64,000 nt of DNA from Thermodesulfobacteriota bacterium (lineage in GTDB: Bacteria; Desulfobacterota; Desulfobacteria; Desulfobacterales; SURF-7): the NCBI GenBank assembly GCA_049320885.1, contig JBMORA010000039.1, positions 1-64,000 on the forward strand, read 5' to 3'. The position numbers and the translations under genes were made by a program. Positions 1 to 9,532 of this stretch are shown here, piece by piece (positions within the stretch are counted from its first letter, which is position 1; each line of letters opens with the position of its first letter). The notes beneath the pieces are model-generated. The model saw only the letters and a list, made by a program, of their open reading frames with translations. It was not told where the DNA came from and searched no databases.

Positions 1-664
1 GCGCCGAGACTTCCCAGGGCATCCTCCCCAGTGTCTCTTCCCTGGAAGACAATCCGTATGCATCGACGGCGGCCTGATTGCAGTCGATGAACCGCAGGGA
101 GTCGATATCCAGTACCACCATCGGTATCCGGGAGCTGTCGAAGACTCTTTTGCGAAAGGATTCACTGCTCCGGAGCGCTTCTTCCGCTTGTTTGCGTTCA
201 GTGATATCGTAGGCCGTGCCATGGGTTCCGCAGGCCGTTCCGTTTTCATCGGTCAGGAATTTGGCGTTGAAAACCAGGTGAATTTCTTTCCCGGATTTTC
301 CGATATGAATGCTTTCATAGCCCTTGACGGAATTGCCCTGCATCAACCGGGAAAATAGTTCTTGATCCCGCGCGGCCATTTCGGGACGCTGAAAATCGGA
401 AAATCGTTTTCCGAGCATTTCGTCTAGTTGATAGCCTAAAACCTGCTCCCAGGCCGGATTAAGGTAGGTATAGCGGCCCTCGGCGTCACACCGCCAAATC
501 AAATCCTGGGAAGTCTCCACCATGTCATGATACAGGGCTTCCGATTGACGCAAATGCTTGACGGTCCGCCGGAGTTCGGCGACCTCCGCCTGCAGCTGCA
601 GCATATGCCGGGTTGTATCCTCGGAAACCCCGGCCGCATTTTTTCCCAAATCGGTCTTTTCCAA
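1..664 (-). CDS. PAS-domain sensor protein, probably a histidine kinase (N-terminal part; runs off the left edge)
   Basis: Not in the ORF track. Manual translation of the minus strand gives ...EALYHDMVETSQDLIWRCDAEGRYTYLNPAWEQVLGY...GTAYDITERKQAEEALRSSE...FIDCNQAA, i.e. PAS-PAC followed by a second PAS. An in-frame TGA lies just upstream, so the start is TTG at 664 or ATG at 604. Confidence 0.8.
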   Translation of the reverse strand, partial: MEKTDLGKNAAGVSEDTTRHMLQLQAEVAELRRTVKHLRQSEALYHDMVETSQDLIWRCDAEGRYTYLNPAWEQVLGYQLDEMLGKRFSDFQRPEMAARDQELFSRLMQGNSVKGYESIHIGKSGKEIHLVFNAKFLTDENGTACGTHGTAYDITERKQAEEALRSSESFRKRVFDSSRIPMVVLDIDSLRFIDCNQAAVDAYGLSSREETLGRMPWEVSA

Positions 665-914
665 CTGCTCAACCCTTTTGACGGCAACCGGCCACCGTCA
701 AGGCCCGTGATCGCGGGATTCGTCTTACGGCATCATGATTGTACGCATGCACATTCATACCATCTGGCGCTCCCGGCTTCAAACAGAATATTCCGTTATC
801 GCCATCCCCAACGGGAATGGCTTGCGGGAAGCCACTCCGAAATAATCTATTTACAATCCACCGAAATATTTGGTAAACATATCAGTGGCGACTCATTTCA
901 AGGAGAATGGGCGG

Positions 915-1724
915 ATGAAAAGATTTCACGTTGTTTCAAGCGGAATTGTCGTTTCCAGTCTGATCCTGTTGCTGGGGTTTTTCGCCCGGGGCGCCGAACC
1001 TGAACCCAGGACATTGATCATGGGATGGGAGCCGTGGGCGCCGTTCGCCTATCGGGATGCCGACAATAGCGTAACCGGACTTGATATGGAGATCGTGACC
1101 CGGATATTGAGCAGCGCGGGATATACGGTGGAATACCAGGAGGCGCCGTGGGCGCGCATCCTGAAATGGATGGAAGAGGGGAAAATCCATATCGGGGGAT
1201 CGGCGATGAAAACTCCCGAACGCGAGGCGTATGCCTATTTTTCAGCCCCCTATCAACGGGAGACCTATTTGTTGTTCGTTAGAAAGGGGCGGTCGCCGAA
1301 TTATCCAATCAGACATCTTCGGGATATTGTTACCAGCTCCTTTCGATTGGGTGTGATGCGCGACTCGCTTTACGGCGCGGAATTCGTGCAGTTGATGGAA
1401 AATCCGCGTTTTTCCTCCCATGTCGAGGAAGTGACCACCGATGAGCAAAATTACAGAAAGCTGTTGGAGAATCGCATCGACGGGTTTATCCAGGAATATT
1501 CGAGAATGGCGACGGAAGGAAAAAAATCCGGAATATTCGACCAGGTGGAACCGCTGCTGGTCATTGAGAAAAATTGGCTGCATGTGATGTTCAGCAAAAA
1601 AGCGACGTCCCCGGAGATCGTCCGGATTTTCAATGCCGGCTTGGAAAAAATGCGCAAAGATGGGACCTATGAAAAGCTGTTCAGGAAGTACAATCTGGAA
1701 CAGTATAACATGATCGAACCATAA
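915..1724 (+). CDS. Periplasmic substrate-binding protein, family 3 (amino-acid-binding type)
   Basis: Signal peptide MKRFHVVSSGIVVSSLILLLGFFARGA; motifs WEPWAPF, GLDMEIV, PWARIL, GLEKMRKDGTYEKLFRKY. AGGAG at 901-905 precedes ATG 915. Confidence 0.85.
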   Translation: MKRFHVVSSGIVVSSLILLLGFFARGAEPEPRTLIMGWEPWAPFAYRDADNSVTGLDMEIVTRILSSAGYTVEYQEAPWARILKWMEEGKIHIGGSAMKTPEREAYAYFSAPYQRETYLLFVRKGRSPNYPIRHLRDIVTSSFRLGVMRDSLYGAEFVQLMENPRFSSHVEEVTTDEQNYRKLLENRIDGFIQEYSRMATEGKKSGIFDQVEPLLVIEKNWLHVMFSKKATSPEIVRIFNAGLEKMRKDGTYEKLFRKYNLEQYNMIEP

Positions 1725-1730
1725 CCGCCG

Positions 1731-4700
1731 TCAATTCGGCGCCATCGCAGACCGGACCTTTTCCGCCAGCTCATCGATCCTGAATGGCTTCTGGATGAAA
1801 TGCACGCCTTCATCCAGCACGCCGTGATGCGCGATGACGTCGGCGGTATACCCGGACATGAAAAGACACTTGAGATTTGGATAGAGGGCCAGCAAGCGTT
1901 TGGCGAGATCGCGGCCGTTCATTTCCGGCATGATGACATCGGTGATCAATAAATGGATTTCACCATCATGCTCGGCGGCAAGATGAATGGCTTCAACCGG
2001 CGAGGCGGCGGTAACCAGGTTATATCCCAGGTTTTGGAGTATGGTCCGGACCACGTCCAGAATTTCGGGCTCGTCCTCCACCAGCAATATCGTCTCCGCC
2101 CCCTTTATCACCTTGGGTTTCATGAATTCCGCCTGGGCCAAGGTGTCTTTGCCAACAAATCGCGGCTGATAAATCCGAAAGGTCGTTCCCCCACCGGGTT
2201 CGCTTTCCACGTCTATAAAGCCGTTGTTCTGCTTCACGATGCCGTATACAGTGGCCAGTCCGAGCCCCGTGCCTTTTCCCACGGGTTTGGTGGAAAAAAA
2301 AGGCTCGAAGATGTGCAGCAATGTTTCAGAATCCATGCCGCTGCCGGTGTCATTGACGGTCAGCCGGACATACTGACCGGGAATAAAGCCGACGCGGGCT
2401 TCACAAAAAGGCTCACCCAGCACCACGTTGGCGGTCTCAATGGTCACCCTGCCGACGTCCTGGATCGCGTCCCGGGCGTTGACCAGCAGATTGGCCAGAA
2501 TCTGGTCCACCTGGGCCGGGTCCATTTTCACCAGCCACAGGTCGGCGGAGGGTTTCCACAGCAATTCGACATCTTCACCGATCAGCTGTTTCAGCACCTT
2601 GATCATGCTGTCAATGACCGAGTTGAGATTGAGGACTTTGGGGGTGATGGTCTGCTTGCGGGCAAAAGCGAGAAGTTGTCGCGTGAGGTCCGCGGAACGC
2701 TGACCCACGGCCTTAATCGAAGCAAGATCTTTATACAGCGGGTCGGATGGATGGAGTTTCATCAGAGCCAGTTCCGCGCGACCGATGATCACGGACAACA
2801 AATTGTTGAAGTCGTGGGCGATGCCGCCGGTCAGCCGGCCGATGGATTCCATTTTTTGGGCCTGGAAAAATTGTTGCTGGAGGGCTTTCTGATCCGATAT
2901 GTCACGGGCGATGCCCCGGAAACCCACCGGTTTTCCTTTGTCGTCGTTGATGAGGGAGACCGACGTCTCCAAGACGCACCTGGTCCCGTCCTTGCGGATG
3001 AGTTCCCAGTCGCAGGCCTTGGCCGGCCTGCCGGTGGTGAACACCTGGTTAAAGGTGACAAAGACTTTTCGGGCCGTCACCTCGTCCATGAAGGTCCGGT
3101 TGTTCAGGTTTTTCATCTCATCCGGTGGGTAGCGGAGGATTCTGGACATGGCATTGTTGAAAAAGGTGAAGGTGCCGCCCAGGTCCACCTCGTAGTATCC
3201 GTCGTCGATTTCTTCGAGAATCTCCCGGTACCGTGCCTCGGCCCTGAGACGCTCCTGTTCCTTGCGCACATTGGCCGTGACATCCCGGATGACTTCGATG
3301 GAGCCGAAGCGGTTGCCGTCTTTGTCGAACAAAGGCGCCGCCACACCCCACAGGTGCGCCCCGCGGCCCCGGTTGAGCGTCGGGATGTAAGACTCGGCAA
3401 CAATTTTACCTTCCTGCCTGGTTACATATTTGTAGCAGGCCTCGATCTGTTCGTCGGGCACATCCAGGAAGTCGATGAGGATTGGTTTCCTCTCGCCGAA
3501 GAAGGGGATGGCGTATTCATAGTCGCCTTTGCCGAGCATGCGCTCCTTTTCCACCCCGGTCATTTCCTCGGTTGCCTTGTTCCATGCGATGATCCGCTTG
3601 TTCTGGTCGATGACGAAAGTGGCGTCGGGGATGAACTCGATGATGTCATTGAGCCGCTGGGTAAGGGATACGAGTTCGTTTTCCACTCGTTTGCGCTCGG
3701 TGATGTCCCGGTCCACCCCCCGGAATCCGATCATTTCACCTGCCGCATCGAGAATGGGGACGGCGCTGCTTTCCAGATGCCTCCAGGAACCGTCCTTGTG
3801 CCGGAAGCGGATGGGCAGGTTGCTCCAGCCGCATTTCCGTTCAATCCACCCCGGGATGCTGTTCCTGACGATGTCCAGATCATCGGGATGCACGAGTTCC
3901 AACTGTCTGCCCACAATCTCATGAGCATCATAACCGAGGATTTCCTTGACCGCCGGGTTGGAGTAGGTGTGCGTGCCGTTCAAGTCCATGGCCCATATCC
4001 AGTCCCGCGAGGTCTCCACCAGGGCGCTGATCATGGACTCCCGTTCCCGGGTACGCGCTTCAGACAGTTTTTGCTCCGTGATGTCACGACCCTCGGGGAT
4101 CAGAAGCGCGATATTGCCGGCATCGTCGGTTATGGGTTTCAAGGAAAAATCGATGGTATGAAGGCTGCCGTCGGCTGCCATGTGAGTTGCCTCGAACCGG
4201 ACGGTTTCACCTGCCGCAGCCCTTTTCACAGCGAATTTGCACATTTCCTGCATCGCCCGGGAATGATTCCACCAGGGGGTTTCCCAGAAGCGTTTCCCGG
4301 CCACATCGGGTAAGCCGGCACCGATGAAATCCAGCGCTGTCTGGTTTGCTTCCAGCAGCACGCCATCTATATCCAACAGGCCGATGAAACTGAAAGAAAC
4401 GTTGAAAATGGCGCGAATTTTGCGCGCACTTTCTTGCAATGCTTTTTCGGTCCTCTTCCACTCCGTGACATCCCGGGAGAACATGGCCACGGTGCGGATA
4501 CGGCCTTCGGCTTCCACAATGGGAACGATGGTATTCTCGAAGCAATCCTTGCCGCGCTGATCGATGAAGTGATCGCTTTTTCCGGTTGATATGCATTGCC
4601 TGACCCGTTCGAGGCGATTCGAGAAGATCTCGGGTGTCAAGACTTCCGCCGCGCTATGGCCCACGATTTCCTCCCGGGTCCGTCCCCATCTTTTCTGCAG

Positions 4701-5234
4701 GGCTGTATTACTGGCGAGGAAAATGCCGTTCTCGTCGGTGATGGTGATGGCGTCCAGCGAAGCATCGATCAGCGCCTGGAGACGTGAGCGGCTCTGGCTC
4801 AACGCTTCTTCCGTTTCTTTCCTTTTGGTGATGTCGCGGACGATGGCCTGGAGATAGACTTGCTCGGAAATGGTGACGGTGTTCAGCGAAACTTCCGCGT
4901 GGAAGGGCGTGCCGTCCAGACGGGTATGCAGCCACTGGAAAAACTGGGGGGTACCCGCGAAGGCCGCCTGGATTTTTTCCCTGGCCTTGATGGTTGAATC
5001 CACTCCGTCGGGTTGAAAAGGCGGAGAAAAACGATACGGCATGCTTCCCAGGATCTCAACCCTGGTGCACCCGAACATCTCGCAGGTCTTGGCGTTGCAG
5101 TCGATAAAGACATCATCCTTCAGGATGAAAATGGCGTCGTTGGCGTTTTCGAACAGGACCCGGTAGCATTCCTCGCGCTGTATCCGTATTTCCGCCGGTT
5201 GCCCATGGGCAGCTGGTTTTTCGGTGATAGCCAT
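1731..5234 (-). CDS. Cytoplasmic hybrid sensor histidine kinase with six PAS/PAC domains, HisKA, HATPase and receiver
   Basis: Six PAS units each ending in RD(I/V)(T/S); H-box GGIAHDFNNLL; N/G boxes NLLVNARDA, DTGSGM, FFSTK, GTGLGL; receiver ILLVEDE...LLITDVIMPEMNG...FIQKPF. No transmembrane segment. Confidence 0.93.
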   Translation of the reverse strand: MAITEKPAAHGQPAEIRIQREECYRVLFENANDAIFILKDDVFIDCNAKTCEMFGCTRVEILGSMPYRFSPPFQPDGVDSTIKAREKIQAAFAGTPQFFQWLHTRLDGTPFHAEVSLNTVTISEQVYLQAIVRDITKRKETEEALSQSRSRLQALIDASLDAITITDENGIFLASNTALQKRWGRTREEIVGHSAAEVLTPEIFSNRLERVRQCISTGKSDHFIDQRGKDCFENTIVPIVEAEGRIRTVAMFSRDVTEWKRTEKALQESARKIRAIFNVSFSFIGLLDIDGVLLEANQTALDFIGAGLPDVAGKRFWETPWWNHSRAMQEMCKFAVKRAAAGETVRFEATHMAADGSLHTIDFSLKPITDDAGNIALLIPEGRDITEQKLSEARTRERESMISALVETSRDWIWAMDLNGTHTYSNPAVKEILGYDAHEIVGRQLELVHPDDLDIVRNSIPGWIERKCGWSNLPIRFRHKDGSWRHLESSAVPILDAAGEMIGFRGVDRDITERKRVENELVSLTQRLNDIIEFIPDATFVIDQNKRIIAWNKATEEMTGVEKERMLGKGDYEYAIPFFGERKPILIDFLDVPDEQIEACYKYVTRQEGKIVAESYIPTLNRGRGAHLWGVAAPLFDKDGNRFGSIEVIRDVTANVRKEQERLRAEARYREILEEIDDGYYEVDLGGTFTFFNNAMSRILRYPPDEMKNLNNRTFMDEVTARKVFVTFNQVFTTGRPAKACDWELIRKDGTRCVLETSVSLINDDKGKPVGFRGIARDISDQKALQQQFFQAQKMESIGRLTGGIAHDFNNLLSVIIGRAELALMKLHPSDPLYKDLASIKAVGQRSADLTRQLLAFARKQTITPKVLNLNSVIDSMIKVLKQLIGEDVELLWKPSADLWLVKMDPAQVDQILANLLVNARDAIQDVGRVTIETANVVLGEPFCEARVGFIPGQYVRLTVNDTGSGMDSETLLHIFEPFFSTKPVGKGTGLGLATVYGIVKQNNGFIDVESEPGGGTTFRIYQPRFVGKDTLAQAEFMKPKVIKGAETILLVEDEPEILDVVRTILQNLGYNLVTAASPVEAIHLAAEHDGEIHLLITDVIMPEMNGRDLAKRLLALYPNLKCLFMSGYTADVIAHHGVLDEGVHFIQKPFRIDELAEKVRSAMAPN

Positions 5235-5481
5235 ATCGCCTGTTCCGGTTCCCGCTATTTATCAGGATGGAAAATAGTGCGTCCAGGTTGGTTATGCCGT
5301 ATATGGATGATAACCCATTATAAGTTATCAATAGTTGCAATACAACATTTTCCGATTCCAACCGGTAAGCGGAGAGGGCTTGCGGATTTTACCATTGAAA
5401 AAAAGAAATAAAAACGATATAGAAGAAAGCTTTAATTATAAAATTCGGATATATCCGACAAAACCAAACGGGAGTCGGTTC

Positions 5482-6048
5482 GTGAAAAATTTTCTGGTAA
5501 AAGATTTGATGGTTCCGATATCGGAATACGCCACTGTCCCGAAAGGGTCCACTTTGTTTGAGGCGGTCACGGCCCTGGAGAAAGCCCAGGAAGAATTTGA
5601 TATGGAGCATAACGCCTACCACCATCGCGCCATATTGGTTCTGGATCAGAACCAGCAGGTGGTGGGCAAGCTGAGTCAGTTGGGCGTGTTGCGTGCCCTG
5701 TTGCCCCGGGATAACTCCATCCGCCAGATCGAGGACATCAGCCGTTTCGGTTTCAGCCCCAAATTGGTCAACAACCTGCAGGAACATTACCGCCTCGAGG
5801 CCGGCATCATGGAGGATGTTTATAAAAAGGCGGCCCAGATGAAGGTGGAGGATTATATGCAGACCCCCTCGGAGGGGGAATATGTGGAAGAAAACGCGCC
5901 CCTGGATACAGCCATTCATCAACTGGTACAGGGCACCCATTTGTCGTTGCTGGTGACCCGGGAAGGGAAAATCATCGGAATTTTGCGGTTGTCGGATGTG
6001 TTTGCCGCAGTCTTTCATGTCATGAAGGACAGCGAGCTCAAGCGGTAA
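5482..6048 (+). CDS. CBS-domain pair protein
   Basis: VKDLMVP...TLFEAV...ILVLDQNQQVVGKLS and VEDYMQ...APLDTAIHQL...LLVTREGKIIGILRLSDVF. GTG at 5482 follows GGAG. Confidence 0.85.
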   Translation: MKNFLVKDLMVPISEYATVPKGSTLFEAVTALEKAQEEFDMEHNAYHHRAILVLDQNQQVVGKLSQLGVLRALLPRDNSIRQIEDISRFGFSPKLVNNLQEHYRLEAGIMEDVYKKAAQMKVEDYMQTPSEGEYVEENAPLDTAIHQLVQGTHLSLLVTREGKIIGILRLSDVFAAVFHVMKDSELKR

Positions 6049-6114
6049 CCATGACGATGCAATTGCTTATCCCTGATGGGGTATACGGAATCAGCCACAG
6101 CTGAAGGAGCGGTA

Positions 6115-7536
6115 ATGAAAGAACTGGAGAAGCTTCAGGAAAGAATTATTCAGCGGGTAAATGTCAATCTAAGAGAATTGGGTTATGATGTGGGACCCCA
6201 TGTACGTGGTATGATCCCGTTTAACCAGATGATCAAGTTTTACGCCTTTTACGGCATTACACCCCATCACCCGCTGAATCTGGAATTCCGGCAGTCCAAT
6301 CTGTCCGGCAGTTATTTCCTCGGAAAATGCCGGGTGACCAATTCCCTGCTGTATAAAAGTGATATTCGGGGCGATGAACTGAAAAAACGCGGCCACCGGT
6401 ATCGCTTCAAGCATTTTGAAATTCCCGTGGACCAGGACGAACTCATTGATATCGAGGACAGCTATTTGATCAAAACCCTGGTGCATAGCTATTCCCACGA
6501 CCCGGAAACCCTGGAAAAATTTTTCATCAAGGATACGATTTCCAGCCACTATACCAATATCCATGGCTCGCCTTCCGACGGCTGCTTCTTTGGACCGTTT
6601 GCCACCGTGGATTTGACCACCATCCGGGATTGCGTGGTGGGTACTTATTCCTATGTGCAAGCAGGCGAAATCAGTCACCTCCATATCGAACCCGGCACCA
6701 TTTGGGTCCGCAGCCCGGACAACTTCAATTTTCTCTATCGTTTCCCGATCAGGAAGTTGAACAATTACATTTATTTTTCCCCGGGAGTCCCTCCCAAAGG
6801 CCTGTTCATGGATTTTGTGGAGGATCGCAAGGAAGCGTTTCAGCGAGTTTTTGATGTGGTCAACATCGAACCCGTCCTGTCGGTTCCCTCCACGGCTTCC
6901 CTGGACCGGTACGCCGTGGTCAAACCCCACACCCATATCGGTGAAAATGTGCTGGTGGCCCAGCGGGCATTCCTGCAAAACGCCTGGCTCGGCAGGGGGG
7001 CAAATGCCCAGGAAAGTTGCTATATCATCAATTCCAGGCTGGAGGGCAACAATGTCACCGCCCATGGCGGCAAAATCATCGAGGCGGATCTGGGCACCAA
7101 CGTTTTTGTGGGATTCAACAGTTTTTTGCGGGGAAGACCGGATTGCCGCCTGACCATCGGCAAGGAAAGCATCATCATGCCCCACACCATCATCGACATC
7201 CGCGAGCCCCTGACCGTTCCTCCCAACCACATTGTCTGGGGGCTGATCAACGATCCCAAGGATCTGGAAGCCAACAGCATGCCTCTCAATGCTTTCTATA
7301 AGATCAACGGGCGGTTTTTCAAGGGCGACATGATTTTCGAAGGCAGCGGCGCCAATTTCGTATCCGCTTTCATGAACCGGATTCATCATATTCTCAAAGA
7401 CAACGGCGCCTACTTCAACGGAACCGAGAACCGGGGGCATGCCCAGAAAAACCAAAATATCTCCTTCAATACGATTCAGCCCTATCCGGAGGGCGAACTG
7501 GAGGGCCTGTACCCCACGGTGATCATTCAGCCATAG
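6115..7536 (+). CDS. Hexapeptide-repeat (left-handed beta-helix) protein with two gamma-carbonic-anhydrase-like halves
   Basis: Hexapeptide repeats such as HIGENVLVAQRAFL, DLGTNVFVGFNSFL, TIGKESIIMPHTII; motifs DIRGDE, LVHS, SHYTNIHG, ANAQE, TAHGG. AAGGAG precedes ATG 6115. Confidence 0.7.
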   Translation: MKELEKLQERIIQRVNVNLRELGYDVGPHVRGMIPFNQMIKFYAFYGITPHHPLNLEFRQSNLSGSYFLGKCRVTNSLLYKSDIRGDELKKRGHRYRFKHFEIPVDQDELIDIEDSYLIKTLVHSYSHDPETLEKFFIKDTISSHYTNIHGSPSDGCFFGPFATVDLTTIRDCVVGTYSYVQAGEISHLHIEPGTIWVRSPDNFNFLYRFPIRKLNNYIYFSPGVPPKGLFMDFVEDRKEAFQRVFDVVNIEPVLSVPSTASLDRYAVVKPHTHIGENVLVAQRAFLQNAWLGRGANAQESCYIINSRLEGNNVTAHGGKIIEADLGTNVFVGFNSFLRGRPDCRLTIGKESIIMPHTIIDIREPLTVPPNHIVWGLINDPKDLEANSMPLNAFYKINGRFFKGDMIFEGSGANFVSAFMNRIHHILKDNGAYFNGTENRGHAQKNQNISFNTIQPYPEGELEGLYPTVIIQP

Positions 7537-8674
7537 GATACAGCGGCATTCCCAGGGCCTCGGCATTGACGATGCCCGGAGCCGCCAGGGGCGGATGATC
7601 CGTCAGGAACGGCGTGACATCGCTCCGGTTCCATACCGGATAGCGCCGCAGGACGGCGACCACATTGAGGGCCGAAAGGAGGGCCATGCCTTCCCGGGTC
7701 CAGCGGGTGGCCGAGGCGATGTGCGGCACGAGGACCACATTCTCCAAGTCGGCCAGACCTTCCGACAAGACCGGCTCGTTTTCGAAAACATCCAGGCCGG
7801 CCCGGAATCCGGGATGGTTTTTACAGTGATGCACCAGGGCGGCTTCGTCGATTACCGCTCCGCGGCTGGTATTGATCAGCACGGCATGGGGTTTCATCAT
7901 CGCAAGCCTTTCGCTGTTGATCAGATGCCGGGTGGCGGAATTCAGCACCGTATGCAGGCTGACGCAGTCGGCTTTCCGCAGCACCTCTTCCACCGTATCG
8001 GCGCGCCGGCAGGATACCCTTTCCATGCCCCTGGAAAGCAGGAAATCCCCGTAAGCGGCCGCATATGTCTCCAGCTCCAGATTGGGTCGGGGGCTGAAAT
8101 AGATCAGATTCATTTTATGGCCTTCGATCATCATGCGGGCATAGGCCGAACCGATTCTTCCGGCGCCGATGATCCCCAGGGTTTTCCGCCACAGCAGTTC
8201 CCCCAGGAACAAATCCGGCCGCCAGCCTGAAAATCTGCCGGCGCGCAGGAAACGTTCGGCCTCCCCGGCTCTGCGGGCCGCGGCCAGCGTCAGGGTCACA
8301 GCCATTTCCGCCGTGGCCTCGGTCAACACGCCCGGCGTATTGCCCACCGGCAGGCCGCGGCGGGTGGCGGCGTCCAGATCCACATTGTTGAAACCCACGG
8401 CATAATTTCCATACACGCTTCCGCCAGCGGATCGCAGGGCCGCAAGCAGGGGGTCGCCCCACTCCTCGGTCAATTGCCCGATGGCGGCGTCGCACCGGCT
8501 GCCGATGGCGGCGAGAATTTCGCCGGCGGATGGAGGGGCATCGCGCTGCCAAATCTCCACCCGGCAACCGGCGGACAGGAGGATGGTCAGCCAGCGATCG
8601 CCGGGCAACTCCCGGGTGACGATCACCCGCTGGTTGCCTTCCGGATGATAAATCCGCCAGGGTGTCGGGTTCAT
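7523..8674 (-). CDS. D-glycerate dehydrogenase / hydroxypyruvate reductase (D-2-hydroxyacid dehydrogenase family, plant HPR1-like)
   Basis: AVGFNNVD, VGNTPGVLTEATAE, Rossmann GIIGAGRIG, INTSRG, GLDVFENEP, VPHIAS catalytic motifs. GGAG precedes ATG 8674. Confidence 0.88.
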   Translation of the reverse strand: MNPTPWRIYHPEGNQRVIVTRELPGDRWLTILLSAGCRVEIWQRDAPPSAGEILAAIGSRCDAAIGQLTEEWGDPLLAALRSAGGSVYGNYAVGFNNVDLDAATRRGLPVGNTPGVLTEATAEMAVTLTLAAARRAGEAERFLRAGRFSGWRPDLFLGELLWRKTLGIIGAGRIGSAYARMMIEGHKMNLIYFSPRPNLELETYAAAYGDFLLSRGMERVSCRRADTVEEVLRKADCVSLHTVLNSATRHLINSERLAMMKPHAVLINTSRGAVIDEAALVHHCKNHPGFRAGLDVFENEPVLSEGLADLENVVLVPHIASATRWTREGMALLSALNVVAVLRRYPVWNRSDVTPFLTDHPPLAAPGIVNAEALGMPLYPMAE

Positions 8675-8705
8675 CGGTCTCCGCTTTCTTTCCCGGCCCC
8701 GCCGT

Positions 8706-9455
8706 TTATTTGAAAAACGAAAGCAGGGCATGCAGGTTGGTCAGGGGATGGGGCGGGCATCCCGGTATAAACAGATCAACGGGAATCAGACTGTCCAGAC
8801 CCGGGGATACCTCGGGGCTGCCGTAAAAGGGTCCGCCGGAAATGGCGCAGCTGCCGACGGCGATCACCGCCTTGGGAGCCGGCGTCGCTTCATAGGTCTG
8901 CAGCAGGGCGGTCTTCATGTTCCGGGAAATCGGGCCGGTGACCACAATGGCATCGGCGTGGCGGGGCGAGGCCACGAAATTGATGCCGAAACGGCCCAGA
9001 TCGAAAAAAGGCGTCGCCAGAACATTCAGATCCGCCTCGCAGGCGTTGCATCCAGCCGCGGATACCTGCCGGAGCTGGAGGGAGCGGCCGAAGAGTTTCT
9101 TGAAATGCTGCTTGGAGTGGGCGGCAAGATCCGGCAGATCGCCGCCGGTGCGTAACTCTTCCCGCCGGGCCACCCCCAGCTCAAAGTTTCGGGTGAAAGA
9201 GACGAATCCGCCCGCGGAGGCCCGCTCGCAGGCGCCGCAAAAGACGCAGCGGCCCAGGTCGATGGTCCTGGTTCCGGGGTCCACCGCTTCCTGGGGGCAG
9301 GCTTCCGCGCAGCGCACCACCGTCTCCGGCGAGGCGTCCCGGTTGACCCGCGGGCGGCCGCGATAGCGGGGCGGCAACTCGATGGTTGCTTTGGGATACT
9401 TGGAGGTTCGATGGCCTTGTTCGAGGCGGTTTTTCAGAATGGAAAACAGGCTCAT
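8706..9455 (-). CDS. hyfI: Ehr/Hyf small subunit (NuoB/HyfI-like) fused to an N-terminal ferredoxin-like (HyfH/NuoI-like) domain
   Basis: GCNACE, ASPRHAD, AVGSCAISGG, IPGCPPHP NuoB motifs; N-terminal CAEACP and CVFCGAC. Start MSLFSILK at 9455. Confidence 0.85.
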   Translation of the reverse strand: MSLFSILKNRLEQGHRTSKYPKATIELPPRYRGRPRVNRDASPETVVRCAEACPQEAVDPGTRTIDLGRCVFCGACERASAGGFVSFTRNFELGVARREELRTGGDLPDLAAHSKQHFKKLFGRSLQLRQVSAAGCNACEADLNVLATPFFDLGRFGINFVASPRHADAIVVTGPISRNMKTALLQTYEATPAPKAVIAVGSCAISGGPFYGSPEVSPGLDSLIPVDLFIPGCPPHPLTNLHALLSFFK

Positions 9456-9532
9456 TTTTTTATCCGTGATGCTGGTCCAGCGTTTGATGGTCAGCGTTTT
9501 TGAAAACGCATCCTGTTGCGGCCTAAAAACCC

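Noticed and set aside
1953..4313. Long opposite-strand ORFs (also 6169..7566, 19055..20800, 23091..24326, 40325..41482 and others)
   Set aside because: Antisense shadows of well-supported genes in GC3-rich DNA; no recognisable motifs.
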